A DNA stretch of 64,000 bases. It comes from Octopus sinensis (lineage: Eukaryota). Positions 1-13,443 of this stretch are shown piece after piece. The position numbers and the translations under genes were made by a program. The notes beneath the pieces were generated by a model. It was not told the origin of the DNA, ran no database searches, and was given only the letters and a program-made list of their open reading frames with translations. The stretch covers positions 35,650,001 to 35,714,000 of the forward strand of contig NC_043008.1 in assembly GCF_006345805.1 (NCBI RefSeq). The letters run 5' to 3'. Within the stretch, counting starts at the first letter, position 1, and each line of letters starts with the position of its first letter.

Positions 1-222
1 GTCATCAAGTGAAAATTCATTTAGGCAGGTGATCCGTCATATCAACAATGGTGATGCCCACACATGGTGAGTTATTATCATTCTCTCCTCAAAGAAAACC
101 CACATGGGAACCACAAGGAAACTTCAAGGAAGTGAATAATCATTATCTCTGCCACTTCATCATTATTAAGGGCTTCTCCTGACTGCCATAGATTGTATAA
201 TTATATATATACATATATATAC

Positions 223-280
<58 letters not shown>

Positions 281-1344
281 TCTCCCTATGTGGAGATGAA
301 ATGCAAATACAACTCATCACCCCCCGACCGTTCACATTCTCTTGCCTCCATCCATAGTCCTGACAACACTTACTCATCATTACTCAGACTATTACAGCAA
401 TGATGAAACTTCTTTGCTCAGCTTCCAAGCTAACCACCCCACCCTGTGCCATGGAATCTACCACTGTCAATCCTTTCCCCACTTCTACCATAGAGATAGC
501 CTCGCCCCAATTACCTCACAAAAAAATATGGAGTAAACTGCAACATTTACAAGTAATTAAATATATTACCGTGTCGTCATAGAGGGCTGATGTGATGTTT
601 GCAAGTCACTGAGAAACAGGGAAGAAGGCAACCTGCCTAAGACAGCAGGAACTCTGAATAAAATTCTTCACAGGAGAGATGTTGCCTCAGAAAGCTACAG
701 TGAAGAAAACCTGGCAAAGAGGGAAGCACACAGAAAAAAAAATTGATTCAGTGTTGAGGAGATACATCAGCCCCTACCAGACAATATTTTTAATGAAGGT
801 GGGATGATCAAATGCACTTGTACTATGCTATAAAGTGGTTTGTGAAAGGAAGGACATAACAACTGTATAAAAACAAAGTGATGCTTAAAACATAACAGTA
901 AAATCAATAATTGTGAATGCATGGTTAACACTTACCATGTTAATTCTATACATAGTAGTTGGGTGGCCAGGCTGGAGCAGCTGGTCGTATCATCATCATC
1001 ATTTTAATGTCTGCTTTTCAATGCTTACATGGGTCAGACAAAATTCCGTGAGGCAAATTTTCTACAGCTGGATGTCCTTCCTGTAGCTAGTCAATTCTTT
1101 CCAAGAAAGGTAACATTTCCCCATGGTCAAAAATTTCTTTCACATAAGATTGGAAACAAATGACACTACTTATTAGATATTGACATTTGTTTGCAATTAT
1201 CATGTGATGCTGAAGAAAGGAGGCACACATACACACACACACGTGTGTGTATGTGTGTGTGTGTAACAGGCTTGTTTTTAGTTTTTGTCAACCAAATCCA
1301 CTCACAAGGCTTTGGTCAGCCTAGGGTTATAATTATTATTTATT

Positions 1345-1650
1345 TATGCCCCTTTTTCAAGCCTAGCCAGGCTCATGGTTCCAGTTTCCCGGTTTCTGAG
1401 GCGTATGTGTTCCCATCAGCTGGATGGGATGCCAGTCCATCGCAGCGTTACTCAAGAAACAGGAAAAGAGTGAGAGAGAAAGTTGGGGCGAAAGAATACA
1501 ACAGGGGTCGCCACCATCCCCTGCCGGAGCCTCGTGGAGCTTTTAGGTGTTTTCGCTCAATAAACACACACAATGCCTGGTCTGCGTATCAAAACCGTGA
1601 TCCTCCAACCGCGTGTCCACTGCCCAAACCACTGGGCCATTGCACCACCA
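1345..1650 (-). mobile_element. tRNA-derived SINE (family C, V-domain-like middle)
   Basis: tRNA-like head at ~1580-1650 on minus; near-identical to 28275-28586; target-site duplication AGGGTTATAAT at 1323-1333 and 1653-1663, splitting an older SINE. Confidence 0.85.
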
Positions 1651-2020
1651 CAGGGTTATAATAGAAGACATATAAATATGAATGAGTCAGTTATTGGTGG
1701 TGAGGAGTGTAAATGTAATGAATATCCTTCCCTGACATGGACAGAAAAATAGAAGTGCGGAAATGCTGCCCTGCAAGGTTGGTGAATGAGAGGGATGTGT
1801 AAGAGAAAGAAGGTCAACACCAACTTGACCCAACAAAAAAGATGACCAGTCATTTAAAGTGAGAGCTGTATGACATAACTAAAGTAAATGATGTATGAAT
1901 AAGAGATACAAAAGGACCACAAACTGGAAAGGCTTTGAATGTAGAAGGTGGAAAAAAATTTGTTAGAAAGAAGCACAACCATAAAATATATTCCTTCACA
2001 ATCAAAATTTAAAATTCAAT

Positions 2021-2494
2021 GACTGGCGTCCATGCTAGCGGGGTGCAAAGAGCACCATACAAGTGTGAGCGTTGACAGAGCAGCTAAACGGCCTCTGTGC
2101 CAGTGGCACATAAAAGGCACCATTTGAGTATGATTGTTACCAGCATCGCCTTACTGGCACTTGAGCCCCATGCTAGTAGGGTGTTAAGAGCACCATCCAA
2201 GTGTGATCATTGCCAAAGTGGCTATCTGGCCTCCATGCCAGTGGCACATAAAAGACACCATTCGAGCGTGACCGTTACCAGCATCACCTTACTGGTACCT
2301 GTGCCAGTGGCATGTAAAAGCAACCACTACACTCTCAGAGTAGTTGGCGTTAGGAAGGGCATCCAGCTGTAAAAACTCTGCCAGATCAAGATTGAAGCCT
2401 GGTGCAGCCATCTGGTTCATCAGCCCTCAGTCAAATCGTCCAACCCATGCTAGCATGGAAAGCGGACATTAAACGATGATGATGATGATGATGA
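2021..2494 (+). mobile_element. RTE-clade LINE 3' UTR fragment with (GAT)n tail
   Basis: Ends CCAACCCATGCTAGCATGGAAAGCGGACATTAAACG(ATG)n; the same tail follows RTE ORF ends at 17156-17815, 21841-22430 and 27613-28650. Confidence 0.8.
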
Positions 2495-3829
2495 TTTGGA
2501 TGCCCTTCTCCACCCAAATTAAGATTGACCTAACTAGTAGTAGAGAAGGGGATTTTGAAAACGTAGCAACCAGTGTAATAAGGGAGAGGGATCAGTCCAG
2601 GGAGTTATTTACCTCTGTTGGCAACAGAAGCATTTTTTCTGTGAATGAAAGACAAACTGCACGACACTTTATGCAGAGTGTACCATTGGTAGATTGGCAC
2701 CGGATGCAAAAACAAAAAAAAACAACAACAAAAGAAAAGTAGGAAAGCTGAAAAGAAATGAGATGAGAATGCTTCACTGGATGTGTAATATTAGTGTGCA
2801 TGAATAGAAAAGCAAATATGAGCTGAGTGTAAAAAAATTGGTTGTTTGAAGGATTAGATGTAATATCAAGATAGGGGACTCCAAAGACACAAACAAGATG
2901 CTTACAGAAGACAACAATTGGTAAATAAGTATCAGCCATTACAACTGTGAAGAACTTCTCCCTCTCTCTATCTCTCTCTCTCACACACACACATACACAC
3001 ATTACATACATGCATGCATATGTGTATACGTGCATACATATTTATAATCTTTATACAGTACTTAGGATATACAAATGTACAACATGCTAAATAAGTTTCA
3101 TGGAGCCAATATATTTACAAAAAGAGAATTCCCTGTGAGCCCAAATTCCTACAAATAGTGACAAATTTAAATTTCCATAAGTATTTCAACTCTCTTCCTT
3201 CTTAAACTCATCTGTAAAGTGGTTGGCATCCAGCCATAAAAGTCATGCCAAAACAGACAGTGGTGCATGGTGCAGTCCTCTGGCATTAGACACCTGTCAA
3301 CCCATCCAACCCATGCCAGCATGGAAAATGAATGTTAAATGATGATGATGATGACGGCTGGGGATATTAAAAAAATTAGGTCCTCTAATAATATTTTATC
3401 TTCTCTTATGATACGAACCAATATAAAGTAAATAACAGTAAATATAGGCAGTTTTTCATTTCATATGAAATGTAAGAAACCAATGCTAAAACTTATTACA
3501 AAATTAACAAAGTAGCTAATCAATTGCTAATAACATCAAAATGGATCTGAGAATAGACTGTCTAGCTAAGTGGAAAGCATTCATTAGTTTAAAAGTCCAC
3601 AAGGTAGACTTTGCTAATAACTGTAGCTGTAAATTCACCAGAAACAGAAATAGATTTGATAAATAAAAAGATCTTAAGAAATAGAAATAATAGCATTAGG
3701 AACAAAACTAGGCTCCAATTAGACCTATTAAAAGAAAGTTCTCTAGTTCCAACATAGGTTTGTATGAACAGACACTCGCAATCTAGGAAGAGACCCCAAA
3801 AAATCATCTGGTTCACACAGCCTTTTTCC

Positions 3830-4026
3830 TTAACCTTTTTGTTACAGTATTTCTCATGAAATATACCTTGCTCTTTTCAGTTAATTTCATAAAATAACTT
3901 AATGTCTGGAATATAAACTAACATAAAATTTTAATAGGAAATTTTAATTTCAGTCACTTTAAACAGGAACAAAAAAACCATAGAACCAAGGGCGGTTTCA
4001 GGTAGATTGCTATCAAAAAGGGTTAG
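3830..4026. mobile_element. Degenerate piggyBac-like MITE (family 2)
   Basis: TTAACCTTTT...AAAAGGGTTA ends; related copy at ~26648-26870. Confidence 0.45.
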
Positions 4027-4080
4027 ATTATTAAGAAGAACAATCTGTAATACCACGTTTGACTGCTGGTGGTATTTCTT

Positions 4081-4310
4081 ATTTTTTATTGCCCACAAGG
4101 GGCTAAACATAAAGGGGACAAGCAAGGACAGACAAAGGGATTAAATCCATTAGATCGACCCCAGTGTGTAACTGGTACTTAATTTATTGACCCCAAAAGG
4201 ATGAAAGGCAAAGTTGACCTCGGTAGAATTTGAACTCAGAACGTAACAGCAGATGAAATACCGCTAAGCATTTTGCCCAGCATGCTAACGTTTCTGCCAG
4301 CTTGCCAAAA
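4081..4310 (-). mobile_element. tRNA-derived SINE (family B, Nin/Deu-domain-like middle)
   Basis: Homologous to 8528-8752 and 45393-45625; 17-bp TSD TGCTGGTGGTATTTCTT at 4064-4080 and 4311-4327. Confidence 0.85.
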
Positions 4311-4580
4311 TGCTGGTGGTATTTCTTTCGGGTTACAAGAACTGTAACTGATTTTCATAGAGCATTTGTTGAAAATCTATGATTTAGGAGAAAATACTTA
4401 TCTTAAAGGGCTAGGAATTTCCTAACATGCTACAAATGCCTGATGACTTATAGCAGAGACTTCCAATCAAATTGGACAGATTGGCAACAGCCAGATACAC
4501 CATGTCCCTTCATCTTCACCCATGGGATATCCTTGATCATCATCAACAACGATGGATAAACTAATGTATGTATGTATGTA

Positions 4581-5444
4581 TAAGGCCTGATCAATAAGTA
4601 TCTGAATAGTTGCCATAGTAACAAAGCTAAAGCACGCAGAGTAAAGCTGCTTGGCACAGATTGACCTTGAACTCTGCTGTGCATGCACACTAAGTTTCAA
4701 TGTACTAGCTCACTTCTGCTGTTTACAGCTGTGCTTGGAAGGAACGTGTGTAGCATGTCATCATCAAATTGACCCTGATAGAGGAAGTTGTCGTGGTGAT
4801 ACCTACTCAGAGACCTATGCAAAGTTGCAGAAAGTGTATGGAGAGGAGCATATGAGCCACAAACAGGTGTACGAATGGTTCAGACATTTCTGAGATGGTA
4901 AAAAAATGTCAATACTGATGAACATTCTGGGAGACCTGCAACCAGAAGAACTGAGAAAAACATTGCAGATGTGCATGCAGCTGTGAGGGAAATCGTCGAA
5001 TCACCATCCGTGAGTTATCAGAGGATGTACAGATTAGTTACGGTTCAGTTCCGTCCATTGTCACTGAAGATTTTGGTATGAGACCTGTTCTGCCAAGTTT
5101 GTGCCAAAACTGCTTTCAGCTGACCAAAAATCACTTGGACTTCAGTTGCACAAGATCTTGATTGTGTTGAGAATGATGAAAACTTTTTGAAAACTTTGTG
5201 TAGGCCTTTGAGCAGGTATTGCCAAGCTTTTCACAAAATTTGATGCAGTTTCCCTGCTCAGCTTTCTCTGTCATGGTCAATGCAATGATCACATACTACA
5301 CACGTTCCTTCCAAGCACTGCTATAAACAGCAAAAGTGAGCATGCACAGCAGAGTTCGAGGTCAATCTGTGCCAAGTGGCTTCACTCTCTGTGCTTTAGC
5401 TTCGTTACTATAGCAACAGTCTGGATACTATTAATCAGACCACA
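4581..5444 (+). mobile_element. Non-autonomous mariner derivative with long inverted ends and a decayed N-terminal transposase (HTH) fragment
   Basis: Inverted ends AGGCCTGATCAATAAGTATC / GATACTATTAATCAGACC with TA flanks; internal translation ETYAKLQKVYGEEHMSHKQVYEWFRHF..SGRP..RRITIREL..KFVPKLL; no DDD domain. Confidence 0.85.
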
Positions 5445-5911
5445 TATGTATGTATGTATGTATGTATGTGTGTATAGGCATGGCTGTTTAGTTAAGTTCC
5501 TTTCCCAACCATATGGTTTGGGGTTTAGAAAACCATTGTGTGTGTGTGTATGTGTGTGTGTGTGTGGTGTGTGTGTGTCTATGTGTGAGCATGTGTATGT
5601 GTTTACAACTGTCACTTATACAAAATATCACAACAGTTTGTGCAGTGTTCTGTTAGCATTTCTCCTGTCAATAAGCCATAAAACTGCAGCATACCTTTAA
5701 AACCCATCAGGAAAAAGGATCCCTAACTAAAAGAAGCAGGCTAGGATTCTTGTCAGGATGGACATCCGGCTGTAAAATAATGCCTCAATAACATATTTTT
5801 TTAACCCATACTAGCATGGAAAAATGAACATAGAATGAATGAATACATAAATATTTTATATTTGTGTGTGCATATATATATAGTTTGAAGTGGTGTACAA
5901 ATTTTATTTAT

Positions 5912-6040
5912 TAAGAAAAAGGAAACAGTCAGGATTTTTGCTTCTGTCCCTTTTAGGGAATCATCATTCATGATGAACCCCTAAAGGGACAAAAGCACTA
6001 AATAAATATTTTTTATCCAAATCCTATTTTCTTTTCCTTT
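5912..6040. repeat. Small fold-back element with two degenerate hammerhead-like cores
   Basis: TGCTTCTGTCCCTTTTAGGGAATCATCA mirrored by TGATGAACCCCTAAAGGGACAAAAGCA; TA tracts on both sides. Confidence 0.55.
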
Positions 6041-6476
6041 ATATATATATATAGTCTATTTGAGTTTATCTTATCCTCATTAGGTATTAATAAATCCAAA
6101 ATTTTACTGGTTTAATCTCCATCACATTAGAAGAAAATTTCTGCAATGCTTTATGGATTATTATAATAGGTAAAATTAATAATGTAAGAAAATGAGGTGT
6201 TGAGGATGTATAGTTAATTTATTTATATCTAGTTGTAGATGTGCATCCCTTCAAGAAAAATGTAACCTTCATTATTATTAAAACAAAAACTCTAAAGAGA
6301 TTCTACCCCTTACAGCTTAAATTCTTAACACTGGATTTAACCCAAATGCTTTGAATTATGCATTACCAAGGGGCCAGATTCGAAACATATGTAGGTTTTG
6401 TTTTAGTCTTCTATTATGTTTTTTAAAAATTTATTTGTATTTATATCTTAACAACAAACTAACTATGATACAAATA

Positions 6477-6509
<33 letters not shown>

Positions 6510-7359
6510 CAGTATAGTCTATTCAAAAAATACAGAGAAAAGAAAAGGAAAAAAACAAACAAACATTTGGCCATGGCACAAGCAATGTATTGACCCTCAG
6601 AGAAAGAAAAGAATAGTAGTTTTACATTATGAGCATAGCTCTTCTTCAGAAACAGGAAAAGCAAGAAAGTCCAAGATGAAGAAGGAAAAAAATTGCTAAC
6701 ATATTACAGAGACAGGGTGACAGATAGATAGATATACATTATTTTATTTCTTGTGATGAACAGTACATAGAAAGTGGCTATGTTTGAAAGCTAAGGTAAT
6801 TGGAGTTTCTTCGTGAAGGTTAACAAGGTGGAAATCCAGAAAACCAGATGAACTGTAGACATCTGATTGACTAGGCCAGGTGTTACTGTGTTGAGAAGTG
6901 ATTGACATAAAGCGGAAAGACACCAGATATGAAATATATATATTTGCTGCCCCAACCATTTACATTAATGCTTAATTTTACAGATATGTTCAATCAATAT
7001 CATTTGTCTCTTATACTCTGTGTCTGTGTGTGTGGGTGTGTGTGTTTGTGTGTGTTTGTGTGTGTGTATGCAACAGTGTCTGTCTGAGTGTATGCATTTG
7101 AGTGTAAATATGTGCTTGCATGCAAATGTCTGTCTGCGAGTATAAGGTAAGATAATCGGATAGTACACGTAAAGGATTTTATTGATTTTAATCCTTTATT
7201 TGCTTCAGACATAGGACTGCTGCCATGTTTGGACACCATCTTGAAGGGGTCAGTCAATCAAATTGACCCTGGAACTTATTTTTTAAGTCTGGCATTTACT
7301 GATTGCTAAGTGGTGGGAGGCAAACACAAAGACGCACACATATGTGTGCGTGTGTATAT

Positions 7360-7613
7360 TATATACTCTTTTATTTGTTTCAGTCATTTGACTGCGGCCA
7401 TGCTGGAGCATTGCCTTTTAGTCGAGCAAATCAACCCCAAGACTTATTCTTTGTAAGCCTAGTACTTATTCTATCAGTCTCTTATGCCGAACCGCTAAGT
7501 TATGGGGATGTAAATACACCAGCATCGGTTATCAAGCGATATTGGGGGGACAAACACAGACAACACAAACACACCACACACACAAAACACACACACATAT
7601 ATATATTATATAT

Positions 7614-7660
<47 letters not shown>

Positions 7661-7816
7661 ATGATGGGCTTCTTTCAGTTTCATCTACCAAATCCACTCA
7701 CAAGGCTTTGGCCGGCCTGAGGCTATAGTAGAAGACACTTGCCCAAGGTGCCACGAAGTGGGACTGAACCCAGAACCGTGTGGTTGGTAAGCAAGCAACT
7801 TACCACACAGCCACTC
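7360..7816 (-). mobile_element. tRNA-derived SINE (family A, dominant; CR1-type 3' tail)
   Basis: Full reverse complement of the family consensus seen at 47752-48152 and 61183-61600. Confidence 0.9.
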
Positions 7817-7987
7817 CTATACCATATATGTATACATACATAGTGTGTGTGTATGTATATATATATGTATGTATATGTAAAAAATAATAATAATATTTTA
7901 TAAGCTTAAAGCTTGTAGACGACCACTGTGCATTGGCAAAGGTAAATAGTCTAATATTAGGGCATATAAACCCTCAATGGAAAAAAG

Positions 7988-8397
7988 AAGGAGTGGCTGT
8001 GTAATAAGAAGCTTGCTTATCAACCACATGGTTCCAGGTTCAGTCCCACAGCATGGCACCTTGGGCAAGTGTCTTCTACTATAGCCTTGGGCCAACCAAA
8101 GTCCTGTGAGTGGATTTGGTAGACTGAAACTGAAAGTAGCCCATTATGTATGTGTGTGTGTGTGTCTGTGTGTGTGTGTGTGTTGTGTGTGTGTGTGTGT
8201 GTGTGTTTCTGTTTGTCCCTTCACCATTGCCAGACAACCGATGTTGGTGTGTTTACATCGCTGTAACTTAGTAGTCCAGCAAAAGAGACTGATAAAATAA
8301 GTACTAGGGTTACAAAGAATAAGTTCTGGGGTCAATATGTTTGACTAAAGGTGGTGTGCCAGCATGGCTGCAGTCAAATGATTGTAACAAGTAAAAT
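7988..8397 (+). mobile_element. tRNA-derived SINE (family A)
   Basis: Head AGGAGTGGCTGTGT..GGTTCAGTCCC, internal (TG)n, tail GGTGTGCCAGCATGGCTGCAGTCAAATGA. Confidence 0.85.
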
Positions 8398-8527
8398 AAT
8401 ATGTGTGTGTATATATAAATATTATATATGTATGGAAAACAGACTTTAAATGATGATGATGTATTTAGATGGATGGATTGATTGATTGATTGATCGATTG
8501 ATATATATATATATTTACATATTTTTT

Positions 8528-8752
8528 TACTACCCACAAGGGGCTAAATACAGAGAAGACAAACAAGGACAGACAAATGGATTAAGTAGATTACATCGAC
8601 CCCAGTGCGTAACTGGTACTTAATTTATCGACCCCGAAAGGATGAAAGGCAAAGTTGACCTCGGCAGAATTTGAACTCAGAATGTAACAACAGACAAAAT
8701 ATGGCTACGCATTTTGCCTGATTTGCTAACGATTCTGCCAGCTCGCCGCCTT
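8528..8752 (-). mobile_element. tRNA-derived SINE (family B)
   Basis: Homologous to 4081-4310 and 45393-45625. Confidence 0.85.
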
Positions 8753-8974
8753 CAAATTGATATATATATATATATACAGTGGGCTTCCACACAGTATCTA
8801 TCTTCTAAATTCTCACACAAAGCATTGGTTAGCTCTGGTCTATAGTAGAAGACATGACGTAGATATAAAACAAAAGTGATTTGGATAGGTTTTGAACTCA
8901 AAGCACAGAAAGCCAAAACAAAAATCATGCAGACAGTTTAACCAACACTGTAACAACTCTGCCAACTCACTGCC

Positions 8975-9706
8975 TTATGTATATGTGTAGGTAGGTAGGT
9001 AGGTAGGTAGGCATGCATTCAGTTCAATCCAGTCCTTTTCTGTTAATGCATGTTGGGTGTGTGTATATATAATATATACATATATGCATGTATGTATGTA
9101 TGTATGTATGTATGTATGTAGTATGTATGTATTTATGTTTGTGTGTGTATGTATGTGTGTGTATATATATATATATGTGTGTGTGTGTGTATGTATATAT
9201 ATATATGTATGTATATGGCACATGTTCACACAGATGGTTGGATGGATATATATATAGTTAAATGGATGGGAAGAATGGAAGTGGAAGATAGATATAGATA
9301 TATGTATATATAAAGAGAGAAAGAAAGCGAGACTAGTTAGAGGCTGTTGCCATAAGCACATGCAAAAGAGAAAGAAGAGCAATCAATATTAAACAGAATG
9401 TAAGGGTAGTGGGGAGAGGTATGACATGGAAATAGGCAAATGGAATGGGGGGGGAGTAAGAAGGCTAAGTAAGGTTGGTGAGGGTTGGTGGAGGAAGAGG
9501 AGGAAAAATAAGAAGAAGATAAAAGAGTTGAGTGTGCCATAGTTATTCTTCTTATGAAGAAAGCCTGAGCTTTAGGAAGCTGCAAAGATATCGGAAGATA
9601 TCTCTCTGACGGATTATATTTATTAAAAGATTAGAGAAAGAGAAAGGCAAAATATATTTGTATGCACATGTGTGCGTGGGTGTGTTCAATGAACCTCTGT
9701 GAGTGT

Positions 9707-9741
<35 letters not shown>

Positions 9742-9943
9742 TGTTTTGTGCAACTTATGTGTATATGTGCAAGCATGGCTTGGAAAAGTGCATGGTGGAT
9801 GTGTGAGTATAAAACATATATATATACATATATACACACACATATATATATATGTATATATATATATACATAGATATATATATATGTATATATATGTATA
9901 TATATATACATATATATATATATGCATTTATATGTATGTATGC

Positions 9944-9992
<49 letters not shown>

Positions 9993-10045
9993 ACATACAT
10001 ATGTGCATATATATACATAAGCACATATATATAAGCATATATATG
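8975..10045. repeat. Compound microsatellites (TAGG)n, (TATG)n, (TG)n, (TA)n
   Basis: Directly visible; source of YI/VC/HT pseudo-ORFs. Confidence 0.9.
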
Positions 10046-10588
10046 TTTGAAACTCTATGAGGATTACTTAATACAGTTTTTGAAGTGTAAAGGTGATTTT
10101 TCTAAAAAAAAATAATCTTTTTTTAAAAAATGTTATGGAAAAGAGGATGTTACAAACACTTTTTCGAGAAGCTTTTTTCCAGTGTGTGAACCCTTTCATT
10201 ATACATTCATATATATATATATATATATGAATGTGTGTGAGAGAGAGACCACGTGATGTTTGTTTGCATAGGAGTGGATTAAAAGTGATGGAACAGTAAC
10301 AACAACAAGAGCTTCAAAAGCAACAACAGCTGTGGCAACATTCTAAAAAACAATAAAAAAATAAATCAGAAATTAAGGCAACAATATTCTTTTATCTCTT
10401 TACTTTATTCATATATTGGGCTGTGGCCATACTGGGGCATAGCCTTGAATGGGTTTTGGTCAATAGAATTGAGCTGAGAACCTTAGTTGTAGTCTGGCAC
10501 TCAGTGAATTGATCTCGTTTTTGCTGAACATCAAAATTATGTGGACAGAAACAAACCAACTCTAGTTTTCAATCAGTGTCCAACAAAA

Positions 10589-10911
10589 CACATCCAGACA
10601 TGCACACACATATACATGCACACAAACAATGGGCTTCCACATAGTTTCCATCTAATAAATTTACTCACAAGCCACCAATAGGCTCAAGGCTAAAGTAAAA
10701 GACATTTGCCCAAGGCACCACACAGTGGGATTGAACCCAAAAGCCCGTCTGTTCACATCCACACACACATACATGCACATATACAATGGGCTTCCACATA
10801 GTTTCCATCTAATAAATTTATTCACAAGCCATCAATAGGCTCAGGGCTAAAGTAAAAGACATTTGCCCAAGGCACCACACAGTGGGATGGAACCCAAAAC
10901 CCCGTCTGTTC
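10589..10911. repeat. Tandem duplication (~160 bp x2) of a decayed SINE segment
   Basis: AATGGGCTTCCACATAGTTTCCATCTAATAAATT...CCCGTCTGTTC occurs at ~10628-10754 and ~10785-10911. Confidence 0.85.
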
Positions 10912-11271
10912 CTAAGTTATGAAAAGGGGCAGAAGAAAAAAGTAAACTGAAAAAGAAAGAATAGAAGGGATTTAATAGTTTCCATGATTATGATGATGAT
11001 GATATGACTGAGAAGTTTGCTTTCCAACCACATGATTTTGGGTTCAGTCCCGCTATGTGGTACCTTGGACAAGTGTCTTCTACTACAACCCGAGGCTGAT
11101 CAAAGCCTTGTCATGGGATTCAGTAGGCAGAAACTGAAAGAAGCCCATTGCATGTGTGTATGTGTGTTTGTTTGTCTCTTCTGGCCTTGACATTGCATGA
11201 TAGTTGTAAAGGAGTATCACTGTCATGCATGATGATGATGATGGCCAAAGCCTTTACAAATGAATAAAACA

Positions 11272-11302
<31 letters not shown>

Positions 11303-11777
11303 TCTCATTTGCCAAACTGCTAGGTTACAGGGATGTAAACAAGCAACACTAGCTATTAAGCAGTGGTGGGGGACAAACACAACCACACACAAGCACACAC
11401 ATATATACGACGAGCTTCTTTCAGTTTCTGTCTACCAAATCCACTCACCAGGCTTTGGTCGGCCCGAGGCTATTATTGATCACACTTGCCCAAGGTGCTA
11501 TGCAGTGGGAATGAACCCAGAACAATTTAACTGTATATAAAGTACAAAGTAAGATAGGGGTTATGAGGGTAACCCACTATGGGATATCAGTTGTCCAATA
11601 TCCTATTTATATAATTAATAAATAATATGAAATTATAATATCTGTAAGTTGATGATTGAAATGAATTTGTTCCTCCATTTTCTTATTTGTATTTATATAT
11701 ATACATGTATATATATGAACTCGGAACAATTTATCTCTATATATATATATATATATATATATAAATATTTATTTATT

Positions 11778-11811
<34 letters not shown>

Positions 11812-13299
11812 TACATAGACATATATACAATGGTCTTCCACACAGTTTCTGCCTATCAAATTCACTCACAAGGCTATAGCAGCAGACACTTGCCCACATA
11901 GTGGAACTGAACCCCTGACACCACATGGTTGCCATGTCTGACATAGCAACTTGGATTGCCATTCTGCAGATAAAAATCTTACAAATAAGCACAGAAACAC
12001 TGACTCGATAGAAAAGTGTATATGCACTGCTTGCTCGTATATATATCACGTACAAACTTTATGTAAACTGCCTCAACCAATTTCTCCAAGACCATTGTGA
12101 GTCTAACAAAGCAGTGATTGATGGGTAAGTGGGTGGAAAAAAATGGTGTGTGAGGGTGTATCAAAGAACTTTTGATAAAATGCTGTGCTGTCTGAAGAAA
12201 CTGAAGAAACCTTGTGGCAGTATAACTTGATTAAAGAAAAGCATTTGGTTCTTTTCCTCACTCATGACCACTGAAATAATTGCAATTGGCAAAAGTACCT
12301 GCTGCTTTGGTTGCTGCCATTGAAAAGCTCATAAAGATCTGACCAACAATCTTCTTACTTGTAACTGAAAGTGGAGAGATTGTTTCTAATGTAATAAATA
12401 TTTCAAAGAGAATATTCCAAGTACACTGTCAGTGCCTCTGTTTATTTTGGCACTAAATCTGCTATTATTTCTTGTATGGAAATCCATTTCTAGGATCTAC
12501 AACAGGCAAGAGTCAAAAATGTCAAACATAATTTCTTGGTGGACTATCAACAAAACTTTACTCAAAATATTTACAATGCTGAGAAAACAGCAGGAGTAAA
12601 TGACAGAATTTTCTGCGGATACAAAGATGAAATTTGGCCAAAAGAAATAATCTTATCTGAATGAAATTTTTCTATCTAAGCAAACATGAAAAAGCTGTAT
12701 CCCATATTCAAAACCTTTGAATCAATGGTCTCTCTGTTTTCCCTGTTGTTGAACATGAGTTTTAGAAATACCTAAGATATTGATGAAAATCTATCAGACA
12801 ATGGTATTGTGCACAAAGATTTTGCGACCCAAAAAAATATTACAGCAGATTTTGGCATGAGAATGGCTATGAAGACAACAAGTTTGCTTTCCAACTATAT
12901 GGTTCTAGGTTCAATCCTACTGCTTGAGGCTTTGGACAAGTGTCTACTACTATAACCCTGAGCCAACCAAAGGCTAGTGAGTGGCTTTGGCAGATGGACA
13001 CTGAAAGAAGCCTGTATGTGTGTGTGTATTTGTCTCCTTGTCTTGACATCATGTGAAATTTGTAAAATGATTGTCCCTGTCATAGAAGCAGTGCCATTCA
13101 TTTCCACTATTCTGTGGGAACATCTCTGGCCAAGGGGAATTATTACCTTACTTGGAAACAGGTGAATGTCGGTGACAGGAAGGGTATCCGCCCATACTAA
13201 ATCTACCTCAAATAAACTCCATCTGATGCATGCAAGCTTGGAAAAGTGGACATTAAATGATGATGGTGATGATGACTTTGAATAATATGTATACATATA

Positions 13300-13443
13300 T
13301 ACATTCATACATACATACATACATACATACATGCATACATACATACATACATACATACATACATACATACATACATACATACATACATACATACATACAT
13401 ACATACATACATACATACATACATACAAACAAACAAACAAACA
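13300..13443. repeat. (TACA)n grading into (AACA)n microsatellite
   Basis: Directly visible. Confidence 0.95.

Noticed and set aside
11985-12860. Non-repetitive ~900-bp stretch as exon or transposase relic
   Set aside because: No sustained reading frame or recognisable motif by eye.
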